A stretch of 63,724 nt of DNA, filler included, from Candidatus Desantisbacteria bacterium CG1_02_49_89 (GTDB taxonomy: Bacteria > Desantisbacteria > UBA1551): NCBI GenBank assembly GCA_001871075.1. It is 6 parts of 6 records of this genome, joined end to end, with 100 filler letters (N's around TTAATTAATTAA, not from the genome) between each part and the next. Parts side by side here need not be neighbours in the genome. Positions count along the whole stretch, not along the records: positions 22,916 to 32,842 come from MNUP01000021.1; positions 32,943 to 43,540 come from MNUP01000002.1; 4 more parts are not named here. One strand, written 5' to 3'. The notes under the pieces were generated by a model. The model had not been told where the DNA came from, ran no database searches, and saw only the letters and a program-made list of their open reading frames with translations. Within the stretch, counting starts at the first letter, position 1. Each line of letters opens with the position of its first letter. The position numbers and the translations under genes are program-made. Positions 30,185 through 38,700 of this stretch are shown here, piece after piece.

Positions 30185-31862
30185 CAGGGAGGCAGCCATA
30201 AAGACAGTGTCAGAGTGTCCCGCCTCATCGGCGGGTCGCCGCAGGGGCGACCAGTGTCCAGTTTCCAGTTTAACCCTAAAATTCTTTTTAATAACTTTTT
30301 TAATCCTGCCTTACACGTTACACGTTGCACGTTACACGGGTTTCGCGGACGAGCCGATAATCCTGCCGCCGGTCACGATCACGGGCCAGGATAAGTCAAC
30401 AGACCTGTTCGACAAACCGGTAAAGAGTCCGAGGCCCGCGGCAAAAAATCTCCTGCCCAAGGGCTCCATGGCAAAGGAACAGCAGGCAAGCGCGTCCTTT
30501 TTCACGATAGGCCTTTACGGCGGGGGATATGATTACCTTGAATGGAAGGTGACCGGGGGGAGGCAGGCCGGAATAGGTTTCCTGCTGCTGCTGGACAGGA
30601 TAAAAACAGGAGACTACGGGGTAAACTCAAGGCTGCAGAATTACTCCGCGGATAACTTCAACGCTGATTTCTCGGTTCCGTTTTTTCTGAAATCGTCGAT
30701 CTTTTCCTCGCTTAAATACTATGACAGGAATGAAGGCCTGACGCACCCGGCTCTGCTTGCCGCAGGTGGCAACATTCTCAACCACTGGACAAGGAACGCT
30801 GACGTGCGGATCGGCTGGAAGGGGAATTTCGGGAATCTGTCGATCATCTTTACCCCAGGGTATTCATCGGCTTACATCAACGACAGGATGCCAAACGTCA
30901 ATACTGCGGTTCTTCCGGCTGCCACGGCCGAGGAAGTCAGGGGCGGCGCAAAGCTGGGTATAAGCGCGCAGTTTACCGACCACGCGGTCGCAGGCGAAGT
31001 GCAGTATGAATACGAGGAAAGGAAAAGCCTGTCCCGGTCCGGAGGCAATTTCAGCCTTTCAGTTGAAGACAAATTCAGGATAGCCGGGATCCCGGAATGG
31101 CGGTTCAGGGCAGCCGCCAGGTATCTGCGGCCTTACAGGTTCATCGACCAGTTTATCCTGAACCCGGAAGTTGATGTTTCCTGCGAGATGAAAAACGGCA
31201 TGACAATGGACGCGGGTTTCAGGAGGACAAGCGTTCTTCCCGGTTACGCGATGTTCCTGGGGAATTTCACGCAGTTCAACCCGGGCCTGGGCATGGAGCA
31301 TTCCTGGGACATTAACGCGGGGGTAAGAGGCAGGTTCAACTCATCAGATGGGAAGTTCAGCGGTTTCTGGGACGCCGGGTTTTACTTCAGGATAATCCAG
31401 GATTTCATTGCATACGGCGATACGGATACTCTCTGGCAGCCGTTCAATATTCCTCTTGTAACCCATTTCGGGCCTGCCGGGAACATTGGGGTAAGGTACC
31501 AGCTTTTCGGGGGCGATATTGTGGGAAAGGCAGGTTTCACTCACCGGGAGATAGTATCAAGCGAAATGCACGTTCCCTATCTTGCCAGGGACGAGTTCAC
31601 GTACAGCATCGGTTATGAAATAGGCAGGTTCGAAATGCAAGTTGCGGGAAACTACAGGGGTCCGGTGTATTCCGACACCCAGACCAACGCGAGGGAAATA
31701 CCGGGCTATTTCATGACGGGCCTTAATACCGCTTTTAACGCCGGCGACGGAATAAGATTGTATTTTAATATTGAAAACCTTGCCGATGTTTTTTACGAAT
31801 CAATGAGTGAATACCCCTGCAGGGGAAGGAACTTCAGGGGCGGAGTCGAGCTAAAATTCTAA
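30168..31862 (+). CDS. Outer-membrane beta-barrel, TonB-dependent-receptor-like (start uncertain)
   Basis: LPPVTITG TonB-box-like segment; NIENLAD..Y....YP..GRNFRGGVELKF terminus; short for a full plug plus barrel. Confidence 0.7.
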   Translation: MAEYSSREAAIKTVSECPASSAGRRRGDQCPVSSLTLKFFLITFLILPYTLHVARYTGFADEPIILPPVTITGQDKSTDLFDKPVKSPRPAAKNLLPKGSMAKEQQASASFFTIGLYGGGYDYLEWKVTGGRQAGIGFLLLLDRIKTGDYGVNSRLQNYSADNFNADFSVPFFLKSSIFSSLKYYDRNEGLTHPALLAAGGNILNHWTRNADVRIGWKGNFGNLSIIFTPGYSSAYINDRMPNVNTAVLPAATAEEVRGGAKLGISAQFTDHAVAGEVQYEYEERKSLSRSGGNFSLSVEDKFRIAGIPEWRFRAAARYLRPYRFIDQFILNPEVDVSCEMKNGMTMDAGFRRTSVLPGYAMFLGNFTQFNPGLGMEHSWDINAGVRGRFNSSDGKFSGFWDAGFYFRIIQDFIAYGDTDTLWQPFNIPLVTHFGPAGNIGVRYQLFGGDIVGKAGFTHREIVSSEMHVPYLARDEFTYSIGYEIGRFEMQVAGNYRGPVYSDTQTNAREIPGYFMTGLNTAFNAGDGIRLYFNIENLADVFYESMSEYPCRGRNFRGGVELKF

Positions 31863-31864
31863 AA

Positions 31865-31948
31865 GCGTATCAGAGTATCAACGTATCAGCGTGTCAGAGT
31901 TACTGCTTTAAACTTTGACACGTTGACACTTTGACACGTTGACACGTT
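31865..31948. repeat. Inverted octamer arrays (RYGTRTCA x4 / TTGACACG x4) with no gene between
   Basis: 31865-31896 versus 31915-31946. Confidence 0.8.
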
Positions 31949-31966
31949 ATTTTGAGGGAGGATAAG

Positions 31967-32575
31967 ATGCCTAAATGGTTTATTGAGGGCGGGGTAATGA
32001 TGTATCCGCTGCTGCTTTGTTCAGTGATCTTGGTGGCGGTCGTTCTGGAAAGGTTCTACAGTCTGTCAAAGACAAAAACAGACACAAAAATCTTTATGCA
32101 TAAGGTAAAAAAGGCGCTTGTAGGCGGGCAGACAGACAGGGCGCTCTCAGTATGCGATGAATCCAGGATCCCGCTTTCCTATATTTTCAAGGCGGGGATC
32201 ACAAGGCAGTCCCTGCCGAAAGAGGAGATCGAGAAGGCTATCGAGGACGAAGCCAACCACCAGATCCCTACTTTGCAGAGGTTCCTGAAGAGCCTCGCGA
32301 TCATCTCCAACATAGCTCCGCTTATCGGGTTCCTCGGGACCGTAACCGGCTTATACAGCGCTTTTATGGCGATCGTGTCTGCCGGGGGCGTGACCAGCAG
32401 TTCGGTCGTGGCAGCCGGTATCGCGGAAGCCCTTATTACCACGGTCGCGGGGCTGTGCATCGCGATCCCGACAGTGGTATTCCACGGCTATTTCATAAGT
32501 ATGGTAGACGGCCTTATACTTGAAATGGAAAAGGAATCCATGGAGCTTATAGAAACGCTTAAAAGGGGTGGATAA
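31967..32575 (+). CDS. exbB: MotA/TolQ/ExbB proton channel
   Basis: APLIGFLGTVTG, GIAEALITTVAGL. Confidence 0.9.
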   Translation: MPKWFIEGGVMMYPLLLCSVILVAVVLERFYSLSKTKTDTKIFMHKVKKALVGGQTDRALSVCDESRIPLSYIFKAGITRQSLPKEEIEKAIEDEANHQIPTLQRFLKSLAIISNIAPLIGFLGTVTGLYSAFMAIVSAGGVTSSSVVAAGIAEALITTVAGLCIAIPTVVFHGYFISMVDGLILEMEKESMELIETLKRGG

Positions 32576-32842
32576 TGAAATTCAAAAGGAACCTGAGCAT
32601 AGAGGCAAATATCCCGACCACCAGCCTTGCGGACATAGTGTTCCTGCTCCTCGTGTTTTTTATAATCTCAACGACTTTCATGACCCAGCCTGCCATTAAA
32701 ATAAAGCTCCCCGAGGCTTCAACAAGGGAGCTTGAGCCTACGGAAGCCGTGGTGATATTCCTTGATTCCCAGGACCGGCTTTTCATAAACGAGGAAGAGG
32801 TGAGGTGGGAAAGGAATCTCAAGGACGCGCTGAAACCCAGGA
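32575..32842 (+). CDS. exbD: ExbD/TolR, 5' part (continues on the contig starting at 43641)
   Basis: SLADIVFLLLVFFI; TAATG coupling to exbB. Confidence 0.9.
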
Positions 32843-32942
32843 NNNNNNNNNNNNNNNNNNNNNNNNNNNNNNNNNNNNNNNNNNNNTTAATTAATTAANN
32901 NNNNNNNNNNNNNNNNNNNNNNNNNNNNNNNNNNNNNNNNNN
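32843..32942. other. Artificial contig spacer
   Basis: N44-TTAATTAATTAA-N44. Confidence 0.99.
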
Positions 32943-33070
32943 AGGAACATGAACTCTTCCTCGCTCTTTTCCGGGACGAGATGGTTGATCACGGTGGGCT
33001 CGTAGAAATCGCATCCCGCTTTAAGCAGGACATCCGCCTTTTCAGGACCTGCGCAGCAACCGAACCTCAT
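32943..33070 (-). CDS. Sugar phosphate isomerase/epimerase N-terminus (3' truncated; not in ORF track)
   Basis: AAGGAGG RBS then MRFGCCAGPEKADVLLKAGCDFYEPTV... Confidence 0.65.
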
Positions 33071-33155
33071 GGAACCTCCTTAAAACGTGTCAGCGTATCA
33101 GCGTGTCAACGTATCAACGTTTTAGAACAGAAATATTATCCGTGGACATCCCGCC

Positions 33156-34358
33156 TCATCGGCGGGTCGCCGAAGTGGTGACCGTGGCTGAATCTTTTCG
33201 TGGCAATGCCTTCATTCGCAGCGCGAGAAAAGCGCATACAAAAAACAGCGCGGCAAATATCGCAAAACTCACTGAATAATTGCGCGTAAAGGCATTGATA
33301 TACATCCCGGAAATAATGGCGACAGCCACCCCGAGGTCCCTCCACAGGAACATCCCCCCGAAAACAAGGTGGCGCTCTTCCGGTTTTGTCTCGTCGCCTA
33401 TCATAGCCATAACCGCGACCGGGACCGTGCCGAACTGGAAACCCAGAAGGCCCGCCGCGAGGTACATCGCAGGAAGAGAATGGTTGAACACAACAACCGT
33501 AAAACCTACCGCGGAAAGCAGGAAACCCAGGAACAGTATCCTCTCCCTGCCCCACCTGTCAGAAAGCCAGCCGAGAAAAGAACTGGAAAACAACCTGACC
33601 ACGTAAAACCAGATAGTGGCTGTGCCCACAAGCAGAATGCCGTAGTAGCTCCTGACCATATCCGCGAAGCTGCTCATCATCACGCCGAACCCGAACGAAG
33701 AAGCGAACTGCATAAAAGCCACGGCTTTGTTCCTGCCGCTTTTCAGCACACCGAAAACCTTTGCAAGCTTCGGCTGTTCCCTTACAACGGTTTTTGCGGG
33801 AAGCATGAACAGCATTGCGTTGCCTGCCGCTGTGATCAGGAAAACCCAGAAAAGCATCCCATTCTCTCCGCCAGTCCTTATGATCCTTTCAAGCAGGATA
33901 ACGCCTATTGCCTGGCCAAGCTGCGCGGCGGTGTAGAAAGTCCCGGAGGAAATACCGTATTTCTTCGAGCTGCTGGAATCAAGGACCCTGGTGCTCGCGC
34001 TTATCCATATTGACGCCGCGCCCCACCCCCAGGCTATTGCCAGAACAAGCAGAAGAGCATAGCTCCTGGTAAAAAGCACTGCCAGGGGAAAAATTGTGTA
34101 TATAAGGCTTCCCAGTATCAAAGACCAGTAATCGCCCAGCCATTTCAGCGTGTAGCTGCACGCCACCCGCCACCACAGGAATGAAAGGTAGAGCGCCGCG
34201 AGTATCCAGGAACTTTCCAGCGCGGTTTTTCCCAGCCTTTCTGAAAGCATGGGTATCATGAACTGCTGGAACGCGCCCGCCCCCATGAATATGAGCAGGA
34301 AGGAGGACGAAAGGATGACAAGGTCAGCGGACAGGAATTTTTTCTCTTCGGTATCCAT
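33156..34358 (-). CDS. MFS transporter
   Basis: About 12 hydrophobic helices; GWLSDRWGRE motif A. Confidence 0.9.
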   Translation of the reverse strand: MDTEEKKFLSADLVILSSSFLLIFMGAGAFQQFMIPMLSERLGKTALESSWILAALYLSFLWWRVACSYTLKWLGDYWSLILGSLIYTIFPLAVLFTRSYALLLVLAIAWGWGAASIWISASTRVLDSSSSKKYGISSGTFYTAAQLGQAIGVILLERIIRTGGENGMLFWVFLITAAGNAMLFMLPAKTVVREQPKLAKVFGVLKSGRNKAVAFMQFASSFGFGVMMSSFADMVRSYYGILLVGTATIWFYVVRLFSSSFLGWLSDRWGRERILFLGFLLSAVGFTVVVFNHSLPAMYLAAGLLGFQFGTVPVAVMAMIGDETKPEERHLVFGGMFLWRDLGVAVAIISGMYINAFTRNYSVSFAIFAALFFVCAFLALRMKALPRKDSATVTTSATRR

Positions 34359-34441
34359 ATTAGTTAAAAGTGTTAAAAAGGTTAAAGGGGTTAAAAGTTA
34401 AAGGTTGACTGCATAAAGCTGGCTTGTATTTATTAAAGTAT

Positions 34442-34470
34442 ATTATATATCATTTATGCTTAAAAGTCAA
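34442..34470 (-). promoter_or_regulatory. Sigma70-type promoter for the MFS gene
   Basis: TTGACT-17 bp-TATAAT on the minus strand. Confidence 0.65.
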
Positions 34471-34722
34471 ATCCTATATAAATAAAAATATCCACTGACT
34501 TCGCAGTGGACATTTAAAAACTTTCAACAGGGAACTTACAAGAACTTAAACTGTATCAAAATCCCCCTCAATCCCCCTTTTCTCCCAAAGGGATGCCTTC
34601 GGTATAAAGGGGGAAAATAGGGGGATTATTAAACTCTGACACGTTGACGCGTTTTGAACTGGACACTGGTCGCCACTACGGCGAGTCGCCGGAGTGGAGA
34701 CCGAAGGGGCGGGACACTGTTT

Positions 34723-35646
34723 TTAAAATACCATTCCCAGGGAAAGGCGGAAGCAGTTGCTGAGTTCCCCGTAAGGAGTGAACGCGAAATCAGCCGCATA
34801 GTTTGACCACTTCAGGCCGAAACCAACGCACAGCCCGGAAAGCGCTCCGAGGTCATTGAGGCGGTTTGTCTTATACCCCGCCCTCAGCGCGAAATTGCTC
34901 ATCAACCAGTATTCCATCCCGGCGCTGACATTCACAACGTTGTCATTGGGGATATTCACGTCCAGGGCAAGGATCATTGCTTCTGACGGCTTGTAGCCGC
35001 ATCCGATCTTTATGTTCAAAGGAAGGTTTTCAGGCAAGGCGGTGGGCGTAAACTGTATGCCAGTACCTATGTTCTGCACAGCGAATCCCAGGCTGAACTT
35101 CTCAGACAGGTCGTAGATCACGCCCGCGTCTATCGCCCAGGTTATCGCCTGTTCAACTTCTATTTTTTCCTGCAGGAACTTGAAACTGCCGCCGAAGGAA
35201 AGCCCCTGCATCAATTTCTGCGCGTAGGAAACATCCACGATAAGGTCGTAACCCGTAAAATCCGGTGCCCTCGCGCCGTTCTTGTCCATGCCGTAGAAGG
35301 TCCCCATGGAAAGGTAGCTTATGCTCGCGCCTATCGTACCCAGGGCGCCAAGCGGGTGGGCATAGTTGACGTTGCCGTACCCGATATCCAGCAGCCACAT
35401 ATTGTAGGAGAAGTTGAATTCCGGTTTCTGCATTTTCGCAAGGCCGGCGGGATTCCAGTGCATCGAATTAACGTCATCCGCGATGGCAGCAAAGGCTTCA
35501 CCCATTCCCATGGGCCTTACTCCCGCGGGGATCTTCAGGACAGCTGCCCCGGTCGTCCCTGTCAGTTCATTATACGCCATGCATTGGCTTATGAGCAACG
35601 TCACTCCTAAACCTATAAATAATATCTTTCTTATTAGTTTATTCAT
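34723..35646 (-). CDS. PorV/PorQ-family outer-membrane beta-barrel
   Basis: LKIPAGVRPMGMGEAFAAIADDVNSMHWNPAGLA, ALRAGY, terminal F. Confidence 0.88.
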   Translation of the reverse strand: MNKLIRKILFIGLGVTLLISQCMAYNELTGTTGAAVLKIPAGVRPMGMGEAFAAIADDVNSMHWNPAGLAKMQKPEFNFSYNMWLLDIGYGNVNYAHPLGALGTIGASISYLSMGTFYGMDKNGARAPDFTGYDLIVDVSYAQKLMQGLSFGGSFKFLQEKIEVEQAITWAIDAGVIYDLSEKFSLGFAVQNIGTGIQFTPTALPENLPLNIKIGCGYKPSEAMILALDVNIPNDNVVNVSAGMEYWLMSNFALRAGYKTNRLNDLGALSGLCVGFGLKWSNYAADFAFTPYGELSNCFRLSLGMVF

Positions 35647-35753
35647 CTTATATCTCCTTTTTAATTCTTCCCCTCACCCCCTCCCTCTCCCTCAAGGGGC
35701 GAGGGTAAAGGTAAGGTTGAGCAGCGAGTTTTCATTGGTTGCTGGTCACTATT

Positions 35754-38700
35754 TTAACGGATAACCGCCACCTTGCCTGCCAGTTTCTCGCCTGCCAGGT
35801 TGTCTATAATAAGATAGATATACACGCCGCTTGCAACGCCGGCGCTCGAGGTATTCTTGAGATCCCAGGTCGCTGAAAGACTCACGTTCGCCTTCTCCCA
35901 GACAAGCTCTCCTGCCAGGTTGTAGATCCTTATGGTTGCATTTGCGGTGAGATTAACAAAGGTGATTTTGCCTGCATCATAAATTCCTCCGCTTCCGGAC
36001 TTGCAGGGATTGGGATAGACCTTGACGGTCTTAAGGTCAGCCGATGCCACACCGAACAGCCCGAATATGGAGAAATGCGGCGTAGTGAAAGTGCAGGTCT
36101 TTGTTGCCTTGTCGACAACCGTCGCCACCTTCTCCCAGTGAGGCCATCCGCTGGTCGAGAAATAGTAGGCGCAAAGCCGGTCTTCGGAAACACCGGTGCC
36201 GTCAATAAAGCCATCGCAGTCCTCATCGTTGTACTGCATGGAAACAACGGCGCAGGTATTGCCCAGCAGCTGGGTCTGGCCGTTCTCAAGCTTAAATTCC
36301 CTGAATTCATCCGCGGGCACAAGCGAATTCTGCTGGGGCGGCGCGCCGGAAGGCGACAGGATCGTAACAGAGATCCTGGTCGGGCCGGAAAGCGCTTCAC
36401 CCGGGATCGTTATCGCGGTCACGTTATTCCCTTCGTCGTTGCCCACTTTTACGCAGTTGTTCAGAGCCGGGTCAACTTTCTCTTTCTTCTCGTGGTCTCC
36501 GCCGGCATTTTCACCTTCGTTTATGTCGGGGTCCACCTGGTCGACTATTATGGTAATATACATCGGGGCTGAGTCCGTTCTTCCGTATACGTCGGTCGCT
36601 GCCGCGCGTATGTCATAACTGCCGTCCGGGAGCAGGTCCACGTTCCACTGCACAAAATACGGGAACATCCTGTCGGGATTGGGATGGTTGGAATTCGCAG
36701 CCGGGATGGATATCCATGCCGTATCCGCGCTGGGCTTGTATTCAAATAATATGTTATCAACCTGCCACGGGCTGCCGTTGATAAGCTCTGCGATGACAGT
36801 AAGGCGGTTGCCGCTTACCTTCTTGCCTGCCTGGGGAACCTTTATGACCGCCCTGATAACGCTGGTATCTACCGGGACTGTTATCGCGGCTACCATGCCC
36901 GTATTATTTTCCGTGTTTCCGGTGATATCCCGCGCTCTCACGCCGAACTTATACTGCACGCCCTCAAGCAGGGAACCGGAAGTCCAGGCGGTTAAAGGAT
37001 GCTGTGTGAACGTGCAGGGGCTGGCGTAGTCTATGATCCCTGTCGCGCTGTCCCAGAAAACGTAATACCCGGCAGCATCGTCTGAAACCGATATCTGCCA
37101 GTCAAGCTGCACCCTGTTCTGGGAAACAAGCGCCGGGCTGAGCCCTGAAGGCGGCAGCGGCGCGATCGTATCCGTGACGTTCTCGGTCTGGGAATCAGCC
37201 AGAATGCCGAACGAAACTGTAAGCACCGGGTTGCCGCACACGGAATCCTTATAATATAATGAGGCTGAACCGCTTGCGAGCGTGAGGGTCATTGTGTTGA
37301 ACGCGCTCCAGTTTACCTTGTCAAGCGAGAACTTGCCGGCGGCAGACGAAGATGCTATGAGCGCGCCGTAATTCGCCTGGACCATCTTTGTCCCTGTCTC
37401 GTCCTGAACCTCAACGGTCATTGTATCAGATGCAAACGTTCTCTCTATCTCTCTGGCCGGAGTGGTAAACCTGAAATACACGGGAACGAACGTTACTACG
37501 GGCCCGGCAAATATCTTGTCCTCGCAGCTTACCATTATGACCGCGGTGCCGGCATAAGAAGAACTCACAAATCCGGTGCACATCCCGTTCGCGTCCGTGG
37601 CAGACGGCTGAGCCGCGTCATCGTAAGAAGGGCCGCGTTGCGTCCAGATAGTCGCTATCCTGCCCGAAAGCGGCTGCCCCGCGCTGTTGAGTATATGTAT
37701 GCTCACGCGGCTTGAATCAGCGCCGTCCGCTATGATAGTGCCGGGTATTGCCGCCGCGTATGACTGGGTCTCGGAAACAACATGCATAAGTTTGACGCTT
37801 ACGGACCTCGGTTCGCCTGCCGCTGCATCCCTTATCTCTGTTTCGCTGCGCGCGGTATTGGAAATGCGTACCTCGTCTATGATCCCGCTGAACCTTCTGG
37901 AGGAATAGTGCTCATCCCTGCCTATCCAGACGTTATAATTCAGAACGTTCGCCCCATAGGTATTGTTCTCCGTGTCGTCTGGTACCCCGTTTATATAGAG
38001 GCACATCATCCCAGCTGCCTTGTTATATACGGCTGCCACGTGGTTCCACTGGTTCAGGCTAACCGCGGCTGTGGAAAAACACTGGTTGAAACTTGAACCG
38101 TGGTGCATGATGAAATAAACTCTTCCGCTGCTCTCCAGAAAGAACTGGTATTCGTTGTTTGAGGACAGGCTGTCGTCACCTTTGTCCACTATCTTTGCCT
38201 CAGAGGAAGTAAAGCTTGTGGGGTATATCCAAGCCTCTATAGTCATTGAGCCCGAACTTTGCAGGGATGGATCATTAGGCACTACCACATAATCGCTCAA
38301 TGTGCTGAACTGCCTTGCCCTGACTGAGATCCCGGCAGTTATAGAAGTGCCGGTGGCTATGCCGTTGTTGGCTTCTGATGACGCGTCAGCAACGCTGCTG
38401 CCGGAAACTTCGTCCATATGCCACAGCGCTACAACGCCAGGGTCAAGCCCCGGAACCGCGACCACGGATTCGGTATTACCCGAATTATCTACGCTGTAAT
38501 AATAAATAAGGTGCGCCTGCGTTTCGGAAGATACACCTTCGCCGGTGAACGTGAACGGCCCGGAATAGGTCTTCCAGGAATCGTTGTTGATCCTGTATTT
38601 TGTGCTCGCCACACCTGAACCGGTGTCAACCACTGACAGCACGAAAGGAGTTAAGAGGCTTACGTATGTCTCTCCGCCTATTACTGATTTTGGGTTACCT

